DNA of 64,000 nt from IMG/VR virus record IMGVR_UViG_3300035429_000172, positions 2,905 through 66,904 of that record. The stretch is one strand, 5' to 3'. The stretch comes from a virus. Its lineage: Duplodnaviria > Caudoviricetes. Made by a program: the position numbers and the translations under genes. Positions 21,053-29,571 of the stretch are shown here, in pieces (position 1 is the stretch's first letter; each line of letters opens with the position of its first letter). Below the pieces are notes generated by a model. The model saw nothing but the letters and a program-made list of their open reading frames with translations. It was not told the DNA's origin and ran no database searches.

Positions 21053-21898
21053 TTGGATAATAGTAGCAGGATTTTTGATTTTATTAGCAATAATAGTTTT
21101 AGTAGTAGGAGCTGTCTAATGATTGTTAAAGTGACAAATGCTGATCCTCACAATGATTTAGAAGATTATAGGTATATTTTGCACCATTTCGGATATCCTC
21201 TAACGGATATATGTAAAGAGGGGAAAAAGAGATGGTTTAAAGTTGGTATTACAAATTTGAACGATCTTATAGATATTGTCTACTGCCTTAAGACACCAAT
21301 CACTATTTCACGTAGCGAAGTTGGAGTGATAAACATTGAAATTTGTGATCCTTACAAAGAATAGGAGATAAAAATGTTACTACATGGTATGGAAGCTAGC
21401 CCTGATGATTTAAATAATTGGGGAAGTGGAACTCTTAAAAAGTTTCGTAACGATTTAGAAGAAAAAATTACTAAACAACAAGGAAATATAAGCGAGTATT
21501 TAAAGTTGTATACGTTAATTGACTATCAGATTGCTTTTAATTATTTTAATGATTTGACGTATAATGCGGCAAATCAACTGCGTGAGGAAATGGAGAATGA
21601 ATAATAAGCAAAAAAGCAAGCTTTTTTATTTTTTGCCCATATCTCGAACATCAGTTCTAAAAAAGGTGACGAAATGTGGGAAATAGATATAGCGAGAGAA
21701 ACACTTATAGAAAAATATCCCAATTATGAGTGGTACTTATTAAGTTCCAAACGAGACCATACACAAATGACTTTTATTACACTTAATAATAAGTCAAAGT
21801 TTGCAAGAGTATGTTTAAGCAATCAAAAACGACATATGACGATAGAAATATACGATTTATCAGATAGAATCGATGAAATGATACAGATAGGTAACTAG
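21053..21898 (+). CDS. Hypothetical genes (ORF ending 21364, 21374-21604, 21674-21898)
   Basis: ORFs with RBS, no recognised motif. Confidence 0.5.
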
Positions 21899-21967
21899 TG
21901 CAAGACGCTAAATAGGTGGTAGCAAACAAAGGGATTGAAGAAATAGGAAAGAGATTGTGAAAAGAAG

Positions 21968-22549
21968 ATGGCAAAGCTAAAAAATCATCCAATTTCGGAA
22001 TTAACAATAAAAATTGAACATAAGTATGGATCAGTGCTGAAATGCCCGGACAATGATCCGATGTTAATCCAGCTACATAAACTCACAGATAAAACTTTAA
22101 ATGTATCGAACAAAAATAATGGACTAAAAAATAAAGCTCGTCGTACAGAGCGGCTAATTAAAAAGAAAGCCCATGATTTAGCACTACAAGGATATACTGA
22201 TGTAGAAATTGAAAGAGAGCTATCTGTTAAAAGATCAACTATTAGAAATTGGTTGAGAAATCTTAAAGAAAGACCAGCTAAATTTACAAGAATTGTAGTA
22301 GCGAAAAGTACTGGAAATAGAATTTATTTTTCTACATCAAAAGGCGTGCAAGAATGGTGTGGTCAACTTGGATATAAATTTTCAGCAGTAAATCAAGGAA
22401 AAGATAAATCCTTTGAAGTGCAAAAAGAAGAAATTCATTGGGTTGAACTACCTATAGGTGCTGTTTATCAAAATCCGAGGCAGCATGATGAATTCTATAT
22501 TAAAGAAAACAATGCAAGTTATGCTCGAGGAGAGCAATATTATTTTTAA
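21968..22549 (+). CDS. HTH-containing protein
   Basis: LALQGYTDVEIERELSVKRSTIRNWL. Confidence 0.6.
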   Translation: MAKLKNHPISELTIKIEHKYGSVLKCPDNDPMLIQLHKLTDKTLNVSNKNNGLKNKARRTERLIKKKAHDLALQGYTDVEIERELSVKRSTIRNWLRNLKERPAKFTRIVVAKSTGNRIYFSTSKGVQEWCGQLGYKFSAVNQGKDKSFEVQKEEIHWVELPIGAVYQNPRQHDEFYIKENNASYARGEQYYF

Positions 22550-22562
22550 GTGAGGTAAATAA

Positions 22563-22913
22563 ATGGAGTCAAAAACAAATGATGTAAAAGAATTCTTTGA
22601 TGAGGCCGTTAAGATCAAAGAACAACGAGGTAAAAATTATGATAATGGTGGCAAATCGGCGTTTGAGCGTTCAATGGATATGTTCGACGAAAAAAATGCA
22701 GTAGTAGTATCAATTTGGCCTGTTGTTCAAAAAGCATCGAGATTAGTTTCGTTGGCTAAAGAAGTTCAAGAAATTCAAAACGGTAGTTCTACCTTGAGTT
22801 TATCAGAGGCGATAAAGTCTATGGACGATACAAGCAAAGATCTTGTTAACTATACTGCTATGCAATGGGTAAGAAACGTAAAACCTTATCTTAAAAAGGG
22901 AGAGCAAAAATAA
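22563..22913 (+). CDS. Hypothetical protein, possibly nucleotide-modification-associated domain
   Basis: IKEQRGKNYDNG and DLVNY motifs; family assignment from memory. Confidence 0.4.
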   Translation: MESKTNDVKEFFDEAVKIKEQRGKNYDNGGKSAFERSMDMFDEKNAVVVSIWPVVQKASRLVSLAKEVQEIQNGSSTLSLSEAIKSMDDTSKDLVNYTAMQWVRNVKPYLKKGEQK

Positions 22914-22918
22914 GTGGC

Positions 22919-23347
22919 TTGAATGCGTCACAAACCACTGTTTCTTTTGTTATTCCAGGACAGCCAGTAGGGCAAGGTAGACCGAGATTTACTACTAGAG
23001 GACGATATCCACATGCTGTTGACCCACCAAAATCACGGCAGTATAAAAATCTAGTGAAAAAACTTGCATATGATGCTTATCAGGGAGAACCGTTAGATGG
23101 GCCTATAAAAATTAAATTGATTCATTATTTTGAAATTCCCAAGAGTTATTCCAAAAAAAGAAAAAAGGCTTGTTTAGAAGGTACAGAAAGACCAACTAAA
23201 AAGCCAGATATCGATAATGTTTATAAAGGAATTGCTGATGCAATGAGTGGAATAATTTATCAGGACGATAAGCAGATAGTAGAAGATATGCAGGAGCAAT
23301 GGTATAGTTTAACGCCTTGTGTTAAAGTTGAGGTAATGCAAATATAA
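22919..23347 (+). CDS. rusA: RusA-family Holliday junction resolvase
   Basis: VGQGRPRF, KKPDIDNVYKGIADAMSGIIYQDDKQIV. Confidence 0.9.
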   Translation: MNASQTTVSFVIPGQPVGQGRPRFTTRGRYPHAVDPPKSRQYKNLVKKLAYDAYQGEPLDGPIKIKLIHYFEIPKSYSKKRKKACLEGTERPTKKPDIDNVYKGIADAMSGIIYQDDKQIVEDMQEQWYSLTPCVKVEVMQI

Positions 23348-23350
23348 TTG

Positions 23351-23391
23351 AAAGAGTTCTATTCATTTTATTGAGTAGAACTCTTTTTTTT
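23351..23391 (+). terminator. Intrinsic terminator ending the early operon
   Basis: AAAGAGTTCTA/TAGAACTCTTT stem followed by a T run. Confidence 0.85.
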
Positions 23392-23401
23392 AAAAATTCG
23401 C

Positions 23402-23430
23402 TTGTGACCATTTTAAAAACTACATATCAT
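23402..23430 (+). promoter_or_regulatory. Putative sigma-A promoter for the ncRNA cluster
   Basis: TTGTGA-N17-TATCAT. Confidence 0.5.
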
Positions 23431-23478
23431 AGAATATGTCCTAATAAAGAAGACATTTGACACAGTCCACATATTCTG

Positions 23479-23543
23479 TAGCCACCTTTTTATTTTTATA
23501 AGGAAAAAGCTAAAAGTAAAGGTTCGATTCCTTTAGTGGCTAT
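23479..23543 (+). ncRNA. tRNA top-half mimic 1
   Basis: Acceptor TAGCCAC/GTGGCTA, T arm TAAAGG-TTCGATT-CCTTTA, one middle arm CTTTT/AAAAG, no D arm or anticodon. Confidence 0.65.
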
Positions 23544-23746
23544 TGCCAGTTACTGGCAAATTTTCTCGAAGGTTTTTTGATCTGCTTTAGTACAGACGCA
23601 ACTAAGGCTTTGGAAATAATCAAATGCATATTTAAAAAGTGTAAGCAAATTCGTCTTATTTTTTGAAAAAGTGTCAGTGCATTTGATTGTCTTGGCGCAA
23701 TTGGATTTTTGATTTTAACCAATATATAGTTTGCAAATCTAATTGC

Positions 23747-23847
23747 TAAGTGAATAAGGGATAGCAAAAAATCATATTGAATTATTTATTTCGGTCAGAA
23801 TATTTTTACATCCGCTATCCTGGTGGTTCGACTCCACGTTCACTTAT
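23747..23847 (+). ncRNA. tRNA top-half mimic 2
   Basis: Acceptor TAAGTGAAT/GTTCACTTA, T arm GTGG-TTCGACT-CCAC, long middle arm GGATAGC/GCTATCC. Confidence 0.6.
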
Positions 23848-24024
23848 TAGGGTATGAATACAACCCTGACACTGGTTTACTAATCTTAATTGCTAATTTA
23901 GGCATAATAGGTTAATTAATTGAAGATGACGGTGTAATGCGCATCATTCCGTCAATAACGCAGAGAAAGCGAAACTCCAATTAATTGTGAAAGCGATGCT
24001 TAAGGAAAGCAGCTTTCCTGTTTG

Positions 24025-24106
24025 GGCAAAGTGGTCCAGTAGCAACGACAGCGGACTGTAAATCCGCCACCGAAAGGTTTCGCAGGTGCGAGTCCTGCCT
24101 TTGCCA
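24025..24106 (+). tRNA. tRNA-Tyr(GTA)
   Basis: GGCAAAG/CTTTGCC acceptor, GCGGA-CTGTAAA-TCCGC anticodon arm, long variable arm, GCAGG/CCTGC T stem, discriminator A. Confidence 0.9.
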
Positions 24107-24221
24107 TGAATAGCCGATGTTTGAGAGTTTAACGACTAATATAAGCAAATAAACAATTATGTGCGGTAATGGTAAATCGTACGTAAAATACCAAGTTAGT
24201 CACGAGGAAATCGTGCGTGTT

Positions 24222-24295
24222 GGCACCTTAGCTCAGTTGGTAGAGCGCTAGAGCGAAGTTCTAGGTCGTCGGTGGTTCAATTCCATCAGGTGCCA
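24222..24295 (+). tRNA. tRNA-Phe(GAA) with non-canonical anticodon loop
   Basis: GGCACCT/AGGTGCC, GCTC-AGTTGGTA-GAGC, CTAGA-GCGAAGT-TCTAG, GGTGG-TTCAATT-CCATC. Confidence 0.75.
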
Positions 24296-24442
24296 TTTAT
24301 ATTAATGGGCTATTGCTTACGATAAAAGATCGATCCGCTAGTAGCGCTTAAATAGTGGACCCCAATAAGAGCAACACTTTTACAAGTTAGTGACGGATCA
24401 TTACACAGCCATGGAGTGCAAATGGCGAGGATAAACTTGTGG

Positions 24443-24501
24443 TGCGTATGTTGGTACTCACGAAAATATAGTGAGGCAAGGTTCGACTCCTTGATACGCA
24501 A
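24443..24501 (+). ncRNA. tRNA top-half mimic 3 (59 nt, no D arm)
   Basis: TGCGTAT/ATACGCA acceptor, GTTGGTA linker, CTCAC-GAAAATATA-GTGAG arm, CAAGG-TTCGACT-CCTTG T arm. Confidence 0.75.
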
Positions 24502-24503
24502 TT

Positions 24504-25061
24504 TGTGTGAAGCTGGTGCATAAGGGACTGATAATCCTTCCAGCAATACTTCTTATAAAAACCTGGTGAACGTATTTGAGGGATACCGCAAATATTTTCT
24601 AGTCCAAAACGTAGTTGTTAGAGGGCATTGTGAAAGAAAGCAATCTAGGTTAGAAGCAAGGGCAACACACAGGAAACTAAAAACAAATACCGTGTGGCAA
24701 TCGAATAAATTCCGAACCTGCGTTGAATGATAGCAGGTGTAGGGACTCTAGTTAATATTGACTTTCTCTTAGTTAATAGAACCAAAAGAGTGTTAGAGAA
24801 TAAGATTGTAGCACCTTGATGCTGGGATAAAAACCAGCTATAAGCACACGAGTATTGTACAAGTAGCTCAAATGGTGCAATTTGATTATTACAAAATACA
24901 GAAAATCGTATTTCGAGTGAACGTTGAGTGGGATTGGTCCACGTCCTAGCTTATAAAACGTATATCAGCTTACAGGTCGCTCCTGTAAGTACGAGATATA
25001 TTGCTAGTAGTTTTAATATAGTCCTTGTGAAAGTTGCCGAGGTCCTAATAAGACCCACACA
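24504..25061 (+). ncRNA. Large structured RNA, ROOL-like (~560 nt)
   Basis: No ORF; closing TGTGTG/CACACA; helices ACCTGC/GCAGGT, GCTGG/CCAGC (twice), CTTACAGG/CCTGTAAG; blocks ATACCGCAAATATT, TCCGAACCTG, GTACAAGTAGC, GTTGAGTGGG, GTGAAAGTTG resemble ROOL as remembered; size and tRNA/prophage context fit. Confidence 0.7.
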
Positions 25062-25065
25062 TTTT

Positions 25066-25197
25066 TAGGGAATGACGAAATGGTCGTAATAGTTTTATAT
25101 ATTAATTTGCTATTTTTGTACGAAAATTTGCTAATACCAAGAGATACTCATAAATATTAACACTATAACTATTCTAGTTCGATTCTAGCATTTTCTA
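25066..25197 (+). ncRNA. tRNA-like element 4 with large insertion in place of the anticodon loop
   Basis: TAGGGAATG/CATTTTCTA acceptor, ACGA-AATGG-TCGT D-like arm, AATAGTT/AACTATT stem around about 70 nt, CTAG-TTCGATT-CTAG T arm. Confidence 0.6.
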
Positions 25198-25304
25198 TAC
25201 GTAGTGCCGTGACCCATTATTTTTCAATTTAAGTATCAGAGCTGCTTAAATTGACTATCTATTTTCAGACTGCTTTTTTTGTAGGTAGGATGGTAGCCTG
25301 CGGT

Positions 25305-25374
25305 AGATATTTAGTTCAAGTAGAACACCGCCATACATTCACCGGAGATATAGGTGCAATTCCTATGATATCTA
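25305..25374 (+). pseudogene. Degenerate tRNA
   Basis: AGATATT/GATATCT, GTTC-AAGTA-GAAC, ATAGG-TGCAATT-CCTAT; anticodon stem keeps only CCG/CGG. Confidence 0.65.
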
Positions 25375-25485
25375 TATAGCCTAAACTAAAAGGCTGTAAC
25401 CTTACAATTCAAATTCAATCATTACTAGTCTTGCGTCCAGATTCCCTTTCTTCTGGTCGCTTTTCTTTTATGGAGGAAAGAACAT

Positions 25486-25662
25486 TTGTTTAATTTCTTT
25501 AATAATTTAATTTTTAACATGACGCATACCTTGTTACCATGCACTCTATTTATCGCTAATTTTTTAGCACTTATTACAGTGGTATATTTCGCCGTTTGGG
25601 GTGTTGGGTTTGTGCTTGGCGGTTTAGCTGCACTTATTAATCATTTTACACGTAAGAATTAG
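25486..25662 (+). CDS. Small membrane protein (58 aa)
   Basis: GGAGG RBS, TTG start, two hydrophobic segments; not in the ORF track. Confidence 0.55.
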   Translation: MFNFFNNLIFNMTHTLLPCTLFIANFLALITVVYFAVWGVGFVLGGLAALINHFTRKN

Positions 25663-25674
25663 AGGTGACAGCAA

Positions 25675-26106
25675 TTGAGGAGACAAACACGAGCTTATAT
25701 CGAATCTCTACTTGAAGACTACATGAATTATCACAAATACAAGGCTCAAAGAGAGTTTGAGCTTCGTCATCCTTTTATTCCAGTAGATGAAAATGTGGGT
25801 GGCGGTAAAGCTCAATATAAACCAAATGATAGTGTCGACCGCATGTTAATCACACTGGATGAAGATATCAGATTGAACAATCTTCGACGTGAGCATTTTA
25901 CTATCAAAGCATGTTATGAAGAAGCACCGGAATACGTACAACAGATAGTAAATGAATTGTATTTTAAAGCTCCAAGAAACAGAAAGTATTTAACCATTGC
26001 TGATCTAGTGATTGCACATGTCATCCCTGTTAGCAAAACAAAGGCTTATGATGCTTTCAATGACTTTTTAGAAGATATAGCAAAGGAATTAAAGTTGCAT
26101 TACTAA
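25675..26106 (+). CDS. ArpU/RinA-family late transcriptional activator
   Basis: IESLLEDY..ELRHPF..DENVGGGK; typical position. Confidence 0.8.
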   Translation: MRRQTRAYIESLLEDYMNYHKYKAQREFELRHPFIPVDENVGGGKAQYKPNDSVDRMLITLDEDIRLNNLRREHFTIKACYEEAPEYVQQIVNELYFKAPRNRKYLTIADLVIAHVIPVSKTKAYDAFNDFLEDIAKELKLHY

Positions 26107-26107
26107 A

Positions 26108-27153
26108 ATGACTAATAAAGATAAGAGTACAGAAAAAATAAGAGAGTTAATTGGAACTAAGCAAATTTATCGTGTTTATTACACTATTGGTAATGAAATG
26201 CGTTGTATTTATGTTGTAGCGGACAAAATTGACTTATATAGCTCCGAAAATCTAATAGCTTTCAATAAGATTGAGTCTTATGTAGGAAAACATATTTACA
26301 CCACTGTATCTGGTCCGGAGGGCACCTATCCTTCCGAAGATTATATAGATTTTGAGTGGCAAGTTGATTTTCAAGAACCTGACGATTCAGTGAAGGATTA
26401 TCGACTAAGATTTGTGAAAATTCCTATAAAAAACATTGAATTCATAGAAGAACAAGCAAGATGGGAGTAATAATCGATGAAAAATCTAGTAGTACATACA
26501 TTATCAGATTTGTTAAAGGAAAATAAGAAAATATATCAAGTTAACTATCTTGTTGCTGACAAGTTGAGGTTAATTTACATCATTGATGAACCAAATGTAC
26601 TTGATATGAAGTTAACAAAATCCGGCTTTATAGACTTAAATAAATTACATATTGAGATTGACTTGATGAAAGACGATAAAATTCACTCTCGTTATCAATG
26701 GTTTGATGACTTTAAAGATTCAGAAATTCGGAACGCTGAAAGTTACCAGGTTACTCAATTTAGGATCCGTGTTTGTGATATAAAAAATGTTTCTGAAATA
26801 AGAGGATAAATTACAAAATGACGAATAATAAAATGAATGAAGAAGAAGCAAGTGCACGTTTAGCTAATATGTTAAATGAAAGAAAAGTCTATAAAATTAG
26901 ATACACCAAGTCGGATAAAACTACTCATACTTATGTAGTATGCAAACCAGAAGACATGAAAGGCGCTTTACGATCAGGAACTGGTTTTGTATTTTTCGAT
27001 AAGATAATGAGTTATGCCAAACGCATAGGGTGTATAGGTGTAAGCTGGGGTGATGGACTTGTAATGCCAAAGGACGGTGCAAAAAATTATTGTCTAGTTG
27101 ATTTCAGCATCCCAGTAAACAAGATTGAAGAAGTAGATGAGGTAAAACTTTGA
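26108..27153 (+). CDS. Three tandem diverged paralogs (26108-26470, 26477-26809, 26818-27153)
   Basis: Shared K(Q/K)(I/V)Y(R/Q/K)(V/I)xY...(I/T)Y(V/I)(V/I) N-terminal and I..IE/V.E C-terminal patterns. Confidence 0.6.
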
Positions 27154-27170
27154 TGATAGAAGGAAATAAG

Positions 27171-27560
27171 ATGAAAAGAAAACTAATTGGACTATTGGGA
27201 GTTGCATTAAGTTGTTTAGCATTAACAACAGGCTGTTCCTCATCAAACAATGATAGTAAAGCTGCAAACGATCCTCATTCTAGCGCAATGGTAGAAAATA
27301 AAGAATATAAGCTGGCCTATTTTGAGGCTAAGGCTAATAGCGACATTGAAAGTCAATACTATTCTCTGGGATTCTATAAATCAGGGGTAGTGGTAAATAA
27401 AGATTTAAAAAGTGGTTCCGATAATTACCAAGAAATCATAGTTCCTGATCTTGAGACGCCATATGTTAAGTTTAAAGATGATACTTATTATATTTACCGT
27501 GCCCCTTATACTATGTATAACCAGCCAGTAATTAAGGGAAAGGTAACAAAGAAAGAATAA
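27171..27560 (+). CDS. Lipoprotein
   Basis: Signal peptide MKRKLIGLLGVALSCLALTTG-C with lipobox. Confidence 0.75.
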   Translation: MKRKLIGLLGVALSCLALTTGCSSSNNDSKAANDPHSSAMVENKEYKLAYFEAKANSDIESQYYSLGFYKSGVVVNKDLKSGSDNYQEIIVPDLETPYVKFKDDTYYIYRAPYTMYNQPVIKGKVTKKE

Positions 27561-28288
27561 TGAAGCGTATAGCAAAAATAGTCACTATTTTAGGACTAGC
27601 AACTGTTTCTTTGGGCACAACTGGTAATAACGTTTATGCTATAAGTCATTCATCTGCCCATCCATCATCTCATCCCTCTGCACACCCTAGTTCACATCCA
27701 ACAAGCCATCCAACAACGGCCAGACCTACATCTCGTCCAGCGACTACACCACATACTTCGGCCACGCCACATTCTAATAACGTCCACGGTTCAAGTTCTA
27801 CTATGCATGCTCCTAATAGCACAACCAGAACAAATACTAGTCCAGGAAATACAAGCAGCAAAACATCAAATACGGGTACTGCTAAAACAGTATCTCCAAC
27901 TACAAAAGCTATAAATCGTTTGCCACAAACCCTTAAAGTATCTAAAAGTATTGAACGTGCAAAAACGACTACAACATATCATTCTTTAAGCAGTAATTCC
28001 TATAGATCAGATTACTTATATTGGCATGGGTATTGTGACGCTTATTATAGACGACCTATGTTTAGCTACTATTATCCATGGATGCCTTGGTGGTTCTGGA
28101 ATTCACACAATTATGAGTCTACTAAGGTGAAACAAGAAGCTCAAAAGAAAAATATGCGGTGGATTAAAGTTGACGATAAAGCAATTGCTGTTCCTAAAAA
28201 GATATACGCCAAGATTAAAGTAGGGGATACAGTCGAGCTCACTGATAACACGCATATTAATATTAACGGTCACACTTATAGTAGGTAG
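27560..28288 (+). CDS. Secreted low-complexity His/Ser/Pro/Thr-rich protein
   Basis: Signal peptide to VYA, HPSS/HPSA/HPTS repeats, aromatic YYYPWMPWWFW segment. Confidence 0.75.
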   Translation: MKRIAKIVTILGLATVSLGTTGNNVYAISHSSAHPSSHPSAHPSSHPTSHPTTARPTSRPATTPHTSATPHSNNVHGSSSTMHAPNSTTRTNTSPGNTSSKTSNTGTAKTVSPTTKAINRLPQTLKVSKSIERAKTTTTYHSLSSNSYRSDYLYWHGYCDAYYRRPMFSYYYPWMPWWFWNSHNYESTKVKQEAQKKNMRWIKVDDKAIAVPKKIYAKIKVGDTVELTDNTHININGHTYSR

Positions 28289-28334
28289 AGAGCGAAGATA
28301 ATGAAGAAAAATAGGGAGGAACAAAAATTTATCT

Positions 28335-28901
28335 ATGGCAAAAACACTCATCCTTATTATTTTTTATTTTTGCATCGGTATAGCAATAGGACTACTGATT
28401 GCAAAGCTTAAAGCGCTTAAGAAAAAAGATGTTGAATTAGAATTACAAGAGAAAATTGATACACTAAAAATTGAAAAAGAAGAAATCACTTTAGAAAACG
28501 AAAAATTAAAAAATTTTCTTGAAGAAAAACAAAACGAAATAACACAGAATTCGGTTCAAAACAAATTCGATGAGTTCTGTTCCAGATACAAGTCAGATGC
28601 TATCGCAAAGATTAAGTTGAAAAATAAAAAGTTAGTCCTTACAGGATTTATTAATGAAACTCAACTAGAACAATCGCTAGCATTAAATACCAAATATGTA
28701 TCTTTTTATAGAATACAGAGTAAAATACCATACAGTATTTCTAAAGTTTTCTTTGGAACTTCATATATTAACGAATTAAGCGATAAATATTATTGGAGCG
28801 ACGGATGGATAAAGCCAAAAGATTATGCGATAGATTGGAAAACATCTAGAATGTATATAAAATTATCAGATCTTGAAGACATAGAAATTGAAAGTGACTA
28901 A
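28335..28901 (+). CDS. Membrane-anchored coiled-coil protein
   Basis: N-terminal TM helix followed by heptad-rich region. Confidence 0.65.
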   Translation: MAKTLILIIFYFCIGIAIGLLIAKLKALKKKDVELELQEKIDTLKIEKEEITLENEKLKNFLEEKQNEITQNSVQNKFDEFCSRYKSDAIAKIKLKNKKLVLTGFINETQLEQSLALNTKYVSFYRIQSKIPYSISKVFFGTSYINELSDKYYWSDGWIKPKDYAIDWKTSRMYIKLSDLEDIEIESD

Positions 28902-29066
28902 TAAATAGTTAGTGCTGAGAGGAGCATTCTAAGTTCTTTAAAAAGTATTTAGGCCAATTAATCGAAATAGAAACATTAGATTTTAAAGAAGCATACATTG
29001 ATTAGAGATAGATAGTATAATTATTTTAAGATCAACTTTGATGGCCGTAGGAGTAGGTATCAAAGT

Positions 29067-29095
29067 AAGCTCTCTGATTACAGGAGAGCTTTTTT
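29067..29095 (+). terminator. Intrinsic terminator
   Basis: AAGCTCTCT/GGAGAGCTT plus T run. Confidence 0.7.
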
Positions 29096-29105
29096 GTAGG
29101 GAGGG

Positions 29106-29402
29106 ATGAATAAAGTGACAAAAAGAATAAAGCCTAAATGGCAGCTTGAAAAAGAACAAAGTAAAAAGGGGAGGATTTTTGATTCTCTAAATGATTATGC
29201 CAATTCTCTCCGAAAAGCTTTTGAAAATTTAGGTAAAACATTTCATTGGGGATATAGTAAAACGAAAAGTAAAGATACTGGTGGGATAGTAACTGCTAAT
29301 ACCATTACTTTGTTTAAGGATAGGAACGATGAAATTAGAAAGAAAGCCGATCAGCTATCGAAAAGACTAGACGAGTTAGAAAGAAAAATAAACGGGCATT
29401 AA
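29106..29402 (+). CDS. Hypothetical protein
   Basis: GGAGG RBS, followed by a hairpin and T run. Confidence 0.55.
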   Translation: MNKVTKRIKPKWQLEKEQSKKGRIFDSLNDYANSLRKAFENLGKTFHWGYSKTKSKDTGGIVTANTITLFKDRNDEIRKKADQLSKRLDELERKINGH

Positions 29403-29542
29403 AAATATTATATATTAATTATTGCTATTGTACTTTCCTTGAAAGAAAGCAATGGCTTTTTTTATGTCCTTAAAAAGGTTTGTATTCTAACCCCGTCGAT
29501 TTCGACCGGTTTAAATTTTTTTGCGGGAGTTATCTAACTCGA

Positions 29543-29571
29543 TTGTGACCATTATTAATCATCCCTATAAT
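29543..29571 (+). promoter_or_regulatory. Putative sigma-A promoter
   Basis: TTGTGA-N17-TATAAT. Confidence 0.6.

Noticed and set aside
23540-24546. ORFs 23540-23767 and 24310-24546 (minus strand)
   Set aside because: They overlap structured RNAs on the plus strand and have no coding signals
25305-25374. Functional tRNA-Met
   Set aside because: CAT is present but the anticodon stem has two mismatches and the loop is 8 nt
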